Part shown: piece by piece, positions 40,701 through 54,976 of the stretch
How positions within the stretch are numbered: the stretch's first letter is position 1
How the letters are laid out: each line of letters starts with the position of its first letter
From: Paragordius varius
Taxonomy: Eukaryota; Animalia; Nematomorpha
Direction: 5' to 3'
Assembly: GCA_964247055.1 (NCBI GenBank)
Contig: OZ176053.1
Coordinates: 558,001-622,000, forward strand
Length of the DNA: 64,000 bases
The notes under the pieces: model-generated
Told to the model about the DNA's origin: nothing
The model's database searches: none
Seen by the model: only the letters and a program-made list of their open reading frames with translations
Position numbers and translations under genes: made by a program

Positions 40701-43196
40701 GCGCTGATTTTGAAAAGGAATTATTAATCCAAAAATTTTTCGTAAATAATTTTAAAATTCATTTATTTTATGTATATATTAACACAGATTTACAGTTAAC
40801 ATTAGTCATAATATAAAGGTTTAAAAACTTGGCTCACACATTCATTTAGTTTTTTTAACTCAAACAAAAAATCATTTCTACTGTATTTAAAAATAAATAA
40901 TTTATTAATGTAATGCTTATACTCCAACAGTTCCATCCTTATTATCATGGCAAGAGATATCAGATTGGGATGGGCCTTCCACAGTAACATTTAGTCCCCC
41001 TAAAACAAAATACAAATAAATAAAACGCATGCCCACATAAATAATTTCATGGATAGTCTTATATCATTTTACAGCATTTAGAGAAAGAAATATAAAATTG
41101 GTTAACAATCATCATATTATATGGCAAATTTGGTAAAAAGCACATTATCTTTTTTTTAAAATATATTTATACTCTAATCTACATATTTAAATTAAACAAA
41201 CTAACGTCCTTTTTAGAAATCCTACGAAGGTTTTTTTAACCCTCGTCAAGCACTTAAAAGATGATTTTAAAACGAATGTTATTCAAAATTTTTGAACATA
41301 CTTAATAAATAATTTGCAGAGTATATATAATATAATTTCTTTAACACTTCGATTCAAATTGGGGTATCTAAATACCCCAGACTAAATTTGAGTTAGAACT
41401 ACTGAAGGAAACGGTCTCAATTTAAATTTATGCTTCTATCCTAATAAAAATTATATAAATATGCCAAAATATCTAAAATAAAATTTTGTTTTGAAAAAAA
41501 AAAACTCCATGTCAAACTACTTGGCCGTCATTTTTATTTTACAAAAATTTTGCAAAATATCGTCTTTATTTTATTTTAAGGGTAAAATCAAAGCTAATAT
41601 TTGATTTAAATGACATCTAACATTAATAGAAATAAAAAAAGCTGTTTATTTTGTATTATTTTTTAATTTTACCATTGCACGCATGTCACATTGACTAAAT
41701 TTTTACCTTTCGGTTTTAGCTTAAAATAAGTAATATCAAGTATTTTTGAATAAAATTTTTTATATATTTGGGTTTATTAATGTTATATAAGTGCAAGACT
41801 TTGCTATGGTTTCGATTCATTCGACATTTTTTAAAAAATTTAATTATAAACAGGCCTGGGGTATTTAACTACCCCAATTTGAATCGAAGGACTAAAATTA
41901 ATGTGTTGTATCCAAGTGTTAAACAAACAAGCTAAAAAAAAGTTAATATGGTGCATATGAATTAACATACATAAACCCATTCATCCCATTATATGGCGCC
42001 TAAGAATGCCAAAATTAAAGTATAGCCAGCTCAAAACCAAGAAAAAAATTGGCATTTAATCATTCTATCGATACATAATGAACCAAAATATTAAATTTAT
42101 ACATTTAAAACACAAATCGTTAAATTTAAAAAAAAAACATTTTTTTTCATACATATATCATAGTTTCTCAAATAGAAAAGATTCAATAGAACTTGGGGGC
42201 TAAAATTATTTTTAAAAAGTTGGGCATTATTTTACCCGCTTCGCCATCCTTGGTAACTACGGTGAAGTTACAGGCATCCCCAGCCAAACCAAAGGAGAGG
42301 CCAGGACCCCAGGCTGTAACATTAGAATCCTTTATGTGATCCACATAGAATTGATATGGGCTACCTGTATATTATCATATATATAGAGAGAGTGAAAGAT
42401 TTTTAGGGCGGAATTTTTTTAACAAAATCATTCATTTATTCACAAAAATATCCCGATATGATGATGGACTATTTACAGTTCATATTTACCCTTAAACAAT
42501 TCAAATTCATTCTAAAATAAATTATGTGTTTTTCTGAAATTTAATTGCCAATTTTTATTTATTTCACAAAAATATTCCGATCCGATTATATATCATTTAC
42601 AGTTCAAATTCACCCTTGATCAATATAAATTTACCTTAAAATAAAATAGGTATTTTTTTATTAAAAATTGGTTATATTTTATTATATTTTTAAAGAATAA
42701 TGGAATTTTGTTTAAAATTAAAATAATACTCTGAAAATAATAATAAATTATGCCATTAACATATATTTCATATAGATGATGAGTTATATTAGCTGCTCGA
42801 AAACGCATAATTTATTTTTGGGGTGAAATTGAAATTGTTCAAGGGTGAATTTGAACTGTAAATGGTATATATGTATTTTATGATAGAAATATGTATCAGG
42901 ATTATATCAGGGTGACTTTTTTGGGTTCAGACCTTACAAATGATATAATTTTTTTAAAAGATATATTATATATATATATAAAAGTATTTATATTTAATGA
43001 TGAATTTTACCACAAAAATGGCAACTTTTTTGATCGCCGCCCGTAAGGCAGAAAAACCCAAAATATAGTAATCCTCCATTTTCGTAATAAATATATATTT
43101 TTTATAGCAACCCGATTTTGTGCTATTTCACATTAAAAAAATTTAAAGTTATAGATGGTATTTTGATTTAAATAAATAAGTAATAAAATGCAATTT

Positions 43197-43232
<36 letters not shown>

Positions 43233-46200
43233 GGTTTGATAATGAACTATAAATATGAATTTTTTCCCGGATAACTATTTTTCACATTCTTATTTCTAGC
43301 CTATACTCCTAACCTTAAAACTTTAAATTAGGGTTAATTTTAGCCCCAAAATAAAAATTGAAATTTACCTACAATATCAAATTAAGGTAATTTTTAATTT
43401 TTTTACGGTTTTAAACAATGTTTCAATACATACAATTGTTTATAGGATCTAAAGAACAAAACACTAGTAATAAATAATATATCAGTTTTAATCCCTAATT
43501 ATAAAATATTATAATCAATCAACAGCTGTTTTAGCTTATCCCTAATGAATAATACAATAGCGCATGGCATATAAAACATTGTTAGCCTAGTCCATTAAAG
43601 AATTAAAAAAAGTTTTTTTTTTAAAAAAACAACCCTTGTGTATATAACATATCCACAATATCCCCTTGTTTTTTAACAAAAAAACATGTTTTTATTCTTT
43701 TATGGACTAACTTTGTTTTATGCCATACGTTACTGTAATATAAAAAATCTATTACATATATATATGTACATTGCATTAATCGTTCGATACCAACTATAGA
43801 CCGTGGCGTATGGCATGAAACAATATTAGTCCATAATAAAAGAATAAAAAAATGTTTTTTTTAAAAAAACAAGGGGATATTAGGATATGATTATATACAA
43901 CTAGGCTGTTTTTTTTAAAAAAACATTTTTTTATTCTTTTATGGACTAATAATGTTTTATGCCATACGCTAATGTAAATTGACTATAAATATCATTTTAA
44001 TATTTTATATCTCTTAAAAATTTAATAATAGAGTAATTCAAAATAATTTTCCATTTGCAAAAATACATACCTTGAACCGGTTCCTTTTGGTATCGGATAT
44101 CAATTTCGTGCAAACCCGGTTCCGTTGGATGATATTTAAGGTTGATAGTTCCATCCGTATTACTCGTAACTTTTGGTAAACCAATTTTTCCTGAGGGCCC
44201 TCGTACTTCAGCTATATTACGGGGGGTGTAAAATTATTACATTTAATAGTATAGTATACCATTTACAGTTCAAATTCACCCTTAAACAATTCAAATTAAC
44301 CCTTAAACAATTCAAATTCACCCTTAAACAATTCAAATTCATCCTTGAATTCAAATTCACCCTCGAACAATTCAAATTCACCCTAATAATAAATTATGTG
44401 TTTTCGGAACTAATATAACTCATTATTAATATAAAATATATCTTTATGGCATAATTAATTATTTTTTTCAGTATTATTTTAATTTAAAACAAAATTTTAC
44501 TTTTTAAAAATATATTAAAATATAGGTAATTTTTAATCTTAAAAAATTTATATTGTTCAAGGGTGAATTTGAACTGTTTAAGGGTGAATTTGAACTGTAA
44601 ATGGTATATATAATATATAAAGATTGGTAATAGTTTTGAACAACGCGAAAAATTGTGTATTACTATACGGACAAAACGTAAAAACATAAAGACAAATCTT
44701 TTTTTCTCTTAAAGACAATAAACCATACTTTTTAAAACCTTTTTAATTTTTGCTATATAAGCTATTTAGTTACAATCGTAAAATATACGTAATTAATTGT
44801 GTAAGTAATAGGCACCTCTATTTCATATTTTATACAGTTCAAAACAATGATTTATATTTACAAATATAAATCAAAATTTAAAAAGTATGGTTGTTGTCTT
44901 TTAGAAAATATTAATTTTTATTTACGTTTTGTCCCTTGTATAATTTTAATTTTCCCTGTAATATATAGCATTTAAATAGATTTATATTAAATAATAAAAA
45001 ATAGCCAATGACGATATCGTAGTAAAACTTTAGCGAGTTTTCATTAAATAAATAAGTTAAATAAATAAATAATTTGAGAATAATTATATTTTGGTAGTCA
45101 AGAACATTATTAATAAAGCAAAATATACCTGAGGGTGCGCCCGTCAGAGGGGCCTTAACCGGGGAATTAAAACCCAAATGAAGTAAATTTTCATTGGGGA
45201 GACTTATAACCATATTTATCTTAGTGCCGACAATATTAAAATTACAGAATAATTTTTAGGATAAATAGATTTAAAAAGAATTATACTCACAACGAAAGAT
45301 TCAAAAATGTAATATGAAAAACGTTAAAAAACTAAAAAAATGTATCAAATTTGGCCCGAAAAAAGCGAAATTACATAAAATATTATGTATGTATTGCATA
45401 TGTAAATAAATCATTTAATTTATAAACTACACATTGTTTTAAGTTTAATATAGTGTGAGGCAACTATCATTAAAAGAAAACCCAAAGAGCATCCAATAAT
45501 GTGACAAAATAATGTTTCCAAAAATTGCGACAACTCTTCTTCATTTATTCTAACAAAATGATTGATTTTTCGCAAACGTAATTTAGTTTACAATATATAT
45601 TCATATATATATAACACAATTTAGTTTACGTATATCATAATTAAATTAATGATTTTCGTTTGAAACTAAGTTTAACACAACGCAATATTGTTATCATTAT
45701 TATCGATAATTTTTTTACCTAAAATGTTGGTTGGTAAATATTTTGAAAAAGTATAAATTTTATCAATTATAAGGTAAGATGATATATATACCATTTACGA
45801 TTCAATTCGCTCTCGAACAAGTTTCAAATTCACCCTAAAAGTAAATTATGCTTTTTCGGGTAGCTAATATAACTCATCATTAATATGAAATATATTTTTA
45901 TGGCAGAATTCATTATTTTTTCAGTATTATATTAATTTTAAACGAAATTCGATTTTTTAAAAATATATAGGAAGGATATTTTTAACTTTAAAAAACACCT
46001 ATATATTTGAGGGTGAATATGAACTGTAAATGATATAAAAAAGTTATGGGGTACAAAATAACTACTAGGAAAAAAAATTACCACAATTATACAATAATAA
46101 TAATATAAAAAAAGAAAGATACGTATTGAAAAATAAAAATAAATCAATCAATCCATATCAAGCCAAAAAGACGATATTCGAATAAAATTGAACCAACTAA

Positions 46201-48198
46201 AAAATTACTTTTCAATACAAAAACCAAATGAATAAACTAAGGTTATTAACCAAAAATCAATAGAAAAAAAGATTAGAGTATTATATTTTAATTGTCGCAC
46301 TAAATAAAATCAAAGTATTTGTGTGGTAGAAAATAGATGATAAATTTTTACCATATATTGTTTAAATTACAAGTTATATGCATCAAAAATTGAACCAGGG
46401 ATCGTCCATTCGAAATATTTTTTCAGCCCGCGAGAAAATTTTAATTAAAAATTTTTAGGAAATCCAAGAAAAATTGATTTTCTTAAACAACTTCTCTGAA
46501 TATTGGCAATGAACTAGCAAATACAGTAAAAATTAAATTATACGGACATAACGTAAAAATAAAGAGACAAATATTTTTTTCTAAAAGACAATATCCATAC
46601 TTTTTAAACCCCTAATTTTTCTCATATAAGCTACTTAGTTACAATTGTAAAATATAGTAATTGTGTTAGTTATATATATCTCTATTTCACCCTTTGCCAT
46701 TTTAAACAATGAGTTTTGTTATATTGAAAAAAATCAAGATTTAAAAAGTATGGTTGTTTTAGAATAATATGATGCAATATCAGCAAAATTTATCATAAAT
46801 TTATTAATGAATTTAGATTCCTCTAACTTTTTCGGAATACAAAAATAAAATTAAAATAAAAATACAAATTAAAATTATGATATATTTTATAAATATAGAA
46901 AAAAAACATTTGTCTTTACATTTTTACGTTTTTCCTTGCGCATGCCCATATATATATATTGCGAATACGGGCCAGATAAAACAATGTGTTATTTTGAAAA
47001 AAATCAAGATTCATAAAGTATGGTTGTTGTTTTTTAGAAAAAAAAACATTTGTCTTTATGTTTTGTCCACATAATTTTATTTTTTATTGTATTGTCTCAG
47101 GTCACCTTATAAAATATATTGATTAATGCCCATATATATTTTTTGCAAAAATTCGGTTCTCAAAGCCATTTTTGTGCGCCCGCGACACCCCTGGCTTGGA
47201 CAAAAAACATATATTTGTGTTAGCAATTTTTTTTTCAAACTTTTAGTTTCATATCTCATTAAATATTATTTATTACTTATACTTTAAATTTTAGTTTATA
47301 TTTTAATTTGGTTTCACAAAAATTACTAGTAGTAGTAATCGAAAATTTCCAATATATTCATATATTTAATTTTAGTTGAATTATAATGCATTATATATCG
47401 TTTTGAACAGTTTCAAAAATTAATTACATTGGGTAGGTGATCGACTACCCTGATTATCAGAGAGGGGGGATTTTTCCCGTGTTCTCCTTGTTGCCAGATG
47501 GAATCCAGGATGCATAAGGGAAGACGTTCTCCGTTCATCTACCCCCATATTCTCCATGAATCGAGATACTGGTTGACTCATATTATATATAAACTCAGAA
47601 TTTTTTAGTGTGCTTTCAGTTTTGTAATTCACAATCGTGGCAAAAAAAGTTTGAGGTATAAATGATTACAGCGCAGAAAAAAGATATTTTTTTCGTATTT
47701 TAGTTTAAATACTTATTCGTCGCAAAAGTTGGAGTATAATTCAAACCAAAAAAAGAAGATAATTTTTTAATATTTTATAGTTTTCAATGGGAAAATTTTG
47801 AGTATATTTTAACAAAAAATGTTTCTCTTTTCAAACTTTTTAGTTTTGATTCAATTGCAAAATTTTGTAGATATATATTAGAGACCACGAATCGAGTATA
47901 TATATGTTATATATAGGGGCGAATAATGATCTAAAAAGAATATCCGATACGAATATATATATTCGAATAAAATGACAGTTTTGCCCAATAATTTATAATA
48001 AAATATGTTGGGTGATGACGACACTTGATAATATAATTAATTATAAGGGTGGGGTCTTTTCAATCTCACTTAGCCAAGGAATATATCATGAATTATTCAA
48101 ACCCGTAATATAATTATATATATTTTCACAAAATTTATATTATAAAATATTGAAAAATATGTCTTTTATCTTATTAAAAATGTATAAATGTATAATAT

Positions 48199-48274
<76 letters not shown>

Positions 48275-51200
48275 GTTAAAATATGATTAATATTTCATAT
48301 AAAAAAATATATATTTTATTTTTTACAAGTCTCCAAGAGATATGTTGTATACCAGCAGCTTTAAATTAATATTTTCTGATTTATAAATATAATATATAAT
48401 ATAAATCAAATAAACATATTTTTATAATGTGTTAAATATCTTGAAAAAAAAAACATTTATTCGAAAAAAAAATCGTTAAAAAGTGTTAATTTATTATAAT
48501 ATATACATATATATTTTTATAAAAAATTGAATGATTCCCTCTAATCTTCTTGACTATTGTTATGATTATTTTGAGTTATGAAAAAAAAATCATTAATGCA
48601 CAATTCAAAGTCAAGGCTAAAAATATATAAGAAATATCAAATATTAAAATATTTTTTATTAGAAAATTAAGCTTTTAAAAAATAATTTAATAGTATCGAA
48701 TTGTGGATGTAAATTAATCTCAAGTATTAATTTCAAACATTATTCTTCCCCCTCTATATAGGCAAAAAATAATATTTTTCTTTCGAACAAGGGAAATGCT
48801 TAATTTTTCGTTTAACGATAAAAGTATAGATAGATACTTTTAAAATCAGTAATTATTAATCTAATTTAATAATATATAAAAATTGGTAATTAAATAAGAA
48901 TTTCTCTCTCAAATAATATAATATGAAAAGGAATATAAAATTATTATTTTAAGTTGAAAACAATGGAAGTAAGTAAAACATTTAAATAGGATAATTTTGA
49001 TCTTCTATAATAAAGCAATCTTAATATAATCAATATGAATTGATTAAAGCATTCAAAAATTCGACTGTCAAGATCTCTTAATTTAGGCATCAAAAAAAGC
49101 TAGAATACGCAATATATTTAACTACCTCTGTCAAATGTTGCATTTTTGAAAAAAAGGCACATTGTATCTCCAGACTTTTTGTCTATAGGATTCTTATAAT
49201 TTTATTATCAAAAAAAAATCAAAAGATATTAGTCAAAACTATAAAATTTATATATATATATATATATATACATACATAAATATAATTGACAAAAAAGCAA
49301 TCAAACATCATACCATATAGAATTCCATCCATCAAGGATTTCCGAATTACACGTGAAATATTTTCCTCAACTGAATATAATATGCCTGTTAAATTATCTC
49401 CTTCTTCAAAAGAATTAGTATTAAAATGTCCATTTTTTATGAACTGCTGGTTAGTAAATTGTTCAGCCATAAAAGGAATATTGAATTCAACAGTTCGATA
49501 TTGTGCATATTCCAACACTTGCTTTAAATAATGCTCTTCATATATTTTACGTTCCGTTGTGGAATTTTTCTTATTTGACCATTCTTCAACCTTTTTTTAA
49601 CATAAACATACATGGGTACACAATTACGACTCAGTAAAACCTTATTTAAATTATTACGAGAAATATATACTATTTACAATTCAAATTCACCCTTAAACAA
49701 TTCAAATTCACCCTTAAACAATTCAAATTCATCCTTAAACAATTCAAATTCACCCTTAAACAATTCAAATTCACACTTAAACAATTCAAATTCACCCTTG
49801 AACAATTGAAATTCACCCTTAAACAATTTAAATTCACCCTCAAATAAAATATATGTTTTTTATGATCAAAAATTACCTATATTTTTATTGTTTTAAATAA
49901 TAAAAATTTTGTTAAAAATTAAATTAATACTGCAAAAATATTAAACTATGATGCCATAATGATATATTTCATATTAATAATTAGTTATATTGAATTTGAA
50001 TTGTTCAAGGGTAAATTTGAACTTTAAATGGTATATATAGTATGCATTTTAATGGTTGCATATTTCACACTATAGTAAGGCAATTTGGCCTACACAGTAG
50101 TGTATGGAAAAAACAACAAAATGTTGAATTAACAATTATTTCCTTTCTTTTTTCCATACACTGCTGTGTCGCAAATTGCCCTACTATTAAAATGCATACT
50201 GTATATATCTGATTCAGTTGAAATAGTAAAAAAATTATATAATTTTATATTACAGAAATATCCTTACTATAATTCAATAATATTTTAAATATTTCAAACC
50301 TGTATTTTTTACTTTAATATATCATTTTATGCACCTAAAGTCATTTCAAACGTTTTTTCAGAAAGTTTTATAAGTTAGTTTGCAAAAAACTAAAAAAATA
50401 TTTTTCGTTTTAACTTTTAAAGTTTTAGAATATTGATAAACTATGAAAGAGTACATCTAAAAGGTTAGAAAATTTGTTTTTACTATCACTGAATAAACGC
50501 TACCTTATAAATTATTATTCGTAATTTAACTATTATTTTTATATAATATAAAAAATAAAATAAAGTAAGCCCGAAAGCTAATTTTAAACAAATATACCAA
50601 AACAGGGAAATGGCCCCCAGGAATTCGATTGCCCCCAAAATTAGTTTCAACATTATAAATTCCACATTCAGGAAAGGCCAAGAATACGGTATAAGTCCCA
50701 TCCATATTATCCACAATATCGGCATCGTAAGCCAAATTATAACAACTTTCATCGTATGAGTAACTTTGTTGAGTTTGGTGGTCCTAAAAAAATATTTCAA
50801 AAATATTTACAATTCAATTTCACTCTTAAATAAATTTACCCTCGAACAATTCAATTTCACCCTTAAACAATTCAATTTCACCCTCGATCAATTCGAATTT
50901 CACCCTTAAACCTCAAAAAAATGTTTTTAAAGATTAAATATTACCTATATTTTTATATATGTTTAAAAAATAAAAAAATTTGTTTAAAATTAAAATAATA
51001 TTGAAAAAATAATAAACTAAACCATAAAGATATATTTCATATTAATAATGAGTTATATTAGTTGCCCGAAAACACATAATTTATTTTTAGGGTGAATTTG
51101 AATTGTTCAAGGGTGAGTATGTAAATATTACGGAAAAATTATGATGGAAATTTTATTTTTTTTAAAAAAAAAGTTTTATGCAAAATCTTCATAAATTATA

Positions 51201-54200
51201 TTTACATTATTTAGAGTTTAAACAAATTGAAGATATATAATTTAAAGCACCACCCCCAAAATAATCTTCTTGTATTAATTGAAGAAACTATGTAAATTTT
51301 AAGCAACAATCGAATATATTTAAAGGTAAATATTCGTTTTAACAAGCAAACATTATCTAACATAAAAAATAAAATAAATAAATTAAAAAAATAGTAATTA
51401 TTAAAATTAAATCATTAATCTAGGAAAAAAGCAGCTTTAATTAAACTAACCGTTTAATATGGAATTATCCACTATAAAATCATAAAAAATTTACCATTGA
51501 ATGTTCCTTCACAACTTGACAAGTAACTCTAGGAACGAGAGCCATATTTTTTTGGCATACCGCGTCAGAACCTTTGTGAGTTTTGGTATCTATATTTTCT
51601 TGTGCTGTATTAATCTTATATGTTTGATTATTATAAAATTGTTGGAGACACTGGGAAACATCAACACTAAAGCATTGTTCTTGATCTCGTTTGAATCGAT
51701 AAATTTTTTGCTCATTATTTTGGCATTTTGCGACAATGTTATCAGTTTTTTCGGTTCTTTCATTATTTTTGCTATAATTATTGCTAATTTTAAGGTCTTC
51801 AATGGTTAGATTTATTCGTTTGTCTTCCAATGATTCTTGTATAAAATTTTCTAAAGTGTCAAACATAGAGACATGTATGTTTTAAAACCTATAATCACTT
51901 TACCATTCTATTAACGGGCATAAAGATTAAAATTAAACAGAAACAATATATTTTTTTTCAAAAAAACAATCGTACTTTTTTAAACCTAATTTTTTTATTA
52001 CAATTGTAAAATATATGGATTGTGTTACCAATATACATCTCTAATTTATTCTTTGCAATTTTAAACAATTTATTATTTATATAACATCAATTTAATAAAA
52101 GTAGAGCGCCCTTTAAAAAAATATTTGTCCGTATATTTTTGCATTTTGTCTGTATAATTTCAAAATTCGTAATTACACCCATTTTGTACAAATTTTTCAA
52201 AAATTATGTGTGAAATTTAATCAAATTCTTTCCTAGGAGGTATTAAACAAAAAAAGATAAAATATTGTATTTCCAAAATCCCAATGTATAGCACCTTAAG
52301 TTAAATTTTTCAAAAATCATGGGAACTAATTTAATCAAATTCTTTCCTAGGAAGTATTAAAGAAAAAAAAATTTAAATTAAATTTCAAAATCTAAAGCAC
52401 CTCGAACTATAGCCCCTTCAGAAGTTCCAAGAGTGTGAGTTTGAATACAGAGTGGATTTGCGGAAGGAACTATGCAGGCGCCATATTTCATGAAAATGGA
52501 ATATATATCTGCCGTGTGAGGTGTAAATGTATAGAGCCAACACAGGTCTGTAGTTTCTTCAAAATAATTGGGATCCCCTCTGTGTACCTTAATACAAAAA
52601 TAAAAACAAAACTTGGCAAATAAATATAAATACCATATTTTCAACAAATTATTTTGTCATTTTTTTATTTGTAATCTCCATCTAGTTAAACACAAAGGTT
52701 CAATATATTTTTTCGAAAAATATTTAGCAAATTATACATTTTATATTAGTTATTATTAATGAATTTATCTAAAATTGAAATTATTGTTATCAAAATCTTA
52801 AATGTGATAGATAATGTTTAAATTATTTAAAAAATTAAAAAAGACAATACTCTCTTTAATATTCATAAACGACTTATTATTTAATAAAACAATTTAAACT
52901 TGATTAATAAATTTAAAAACTATTGTTTTTTTACATAAAATAAAAATGGTAATTAACGTAAAAAAAATTGAGTGAAAAAAGGCGTTGATTTACAATGAAA
53001 AGGGGGTAAACTCAATTCTTTTTATTAAACTTACTGCCGTCTTTTTATTTTGGCCCCCGCGGGGTCGCAAAATACCCCGAATAGCATGACCTTTCGAATC
53101 TTGAACCTTGATTGTTGGTATGGCTGTCCCAGCATCAGTCGCATCAATACTTAATGCAATGGGTATTGAGGCATAAAATTTCTGATTATCATCATTTACT
53201 GTATAAAATAATTTAAATGTGATGATTTTTTTTTAAATTGTCATTTAAGGCCTTAAAATCAAAATCTTTTATAGCTTTATAATAATGGTTACAGTGTTGT
53301 ATAAAAACCAATACAAAGCATACTTAAATATTATATTTTAATTAATCATTGTGTTTGGTTTTTCAAAAAAAAAAGAAACAATGGGAAAAAAAGTCAACTA
53401 CACTTTTGTAATTAAAAAAACTAGTGGATGCAAATCTTTTTTCAGCACCTATCTTACAACAACATTTTTTGATTGCAGCCCCCTAAAAATTTCGCTCATC
53501 TATGAAAATAACTTTATTTAAGGAAGTGTAAAACGGTTTTAAAATATGGTGATGTTTAAATAAATAAGGTTTATGTTTTTAGCATAATTGTAAATTCACT
53601 AACCCCCCCCCCCCTTAATTTTTTCTACAATTAATTAGTATTTAGCAAAAAATTCAAATTTGGCAATCATTAGATTATACCAATTTGTCCCTGATGTGTT
53701 ATAATGATAAGCTTGTCAGGTTCAACCGTGGGTAAAAGTTCAAAGGTTCTTGGAAATGTTTCAATCATTGATTGACCCAGACCGCCCTTATAGAGTAATT
53801 CTAAATCGTATAAGCGACAAGGTGCATTTTTTATATGATCATTTTCAAGCATGTTAGGAACGTGATATGTCACCTCATAAATTTGTGACAATTGTTCATT
53901 TTCCACTGTTTCAAATGATGACTCTTCTGGCGTATTAATATCTGTTTTTGTTTTATGAAACACATTTATTGTAAATTGTTTAATTAAAGTAGTTTTGGAA
54001 AAATAACTCCTAAAAACTATGGCACTTTTTCGATTTTAAGCAATAAAGAGATATATCCGTTTTAAGTTAAGTATACGTGGCTAAAAAGCCAAACTGGTTT
54101 GTGGGTATGTTAACATCCCCCGTAATAAGCAAAAAAATTAAAAAAAATAAAATTTAAATAACAATCCTTTTTTATTCGTTTTTTTAATTATTCGAAGAAA

Positions 54201-54936
54201 TATTGTAAATTATGAGGAAAAAAAAAGAATATTGATGAAATTATTTTATTCATTTAAATATATTTTTCAATATAAAACATAAAAAAATCCCACTTTTTCC
54301 GGCGTAGATGGGTGAAGGTGAAGGAGAAATAATAACTTTAGGGATAGTTTTTGCCCTTGAATTATTAGGGGAGTTTCTTCTTTCAATCCTTTTAATGGTG
54401 TATTTGGTATCTAATATTTCTCCTATGTAAAATTTATACAAAAATTTAATAAAATATATTATTAAATAACCACCGTTTAAAAAAATTGAAAAAAAAGTTA
54501 CATTTTATAATATAGTTATTTTTTAGTAAAAATCTTATTTTTACAAATCGAAAATCTACGAAAAAAAGATTTCATCTACATATATTAATATTAAAAATCG
54601 GTAAGAACCCATTTTTTTAAGGCAAAAATTATACGTTTAAGTATACTCTATAAAATTATACCAGTAAATTTATTCTTTATGGCTAATATAAAATCGTCAG
54701 GGGTGAAAATTTCGGAATTTATCCTAGATGATTCAGCATTATAATTCACAAAGAATGATTGAATAGTTCCAGCACGAAAATTTCTAGGTAAAAGACCGCT
54801 TCCCGAAAAAGTAAAAAGTCCTTTAGGCACCCCGACAACAGATTGTGATTTTAAGGGCAAATTTTCTTCAAGATTTTCAGTTGGACGTTGAGTAAGCGTT
54901 TCTTTTTCATCCAGAATATGAGCTGTGAATGGGGAA

Positions 54937-54976
<40 letters not shown>

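Noticed and set aside
46396-47193. hAT-like ends CAGGGATCGTC / GCGACACCCCTG enclosing MITE fragments
   Set aside because: The TIR match is weak and the putative 8-bp TSD agrees at only 5 of 8 positions.
49680-49840. 21-bp tandem arrays as a CRISPR array or a repeat protein (NNSNSPL, CSRVNLN and FKFTLKQ ORFs, also at 59150-59310 and 44265-44385)
   Set aside because: There are no spacers and the context is eukaryotic. They are subterminal repeats of MITE family B, and the 3n unit explains the ORFs.
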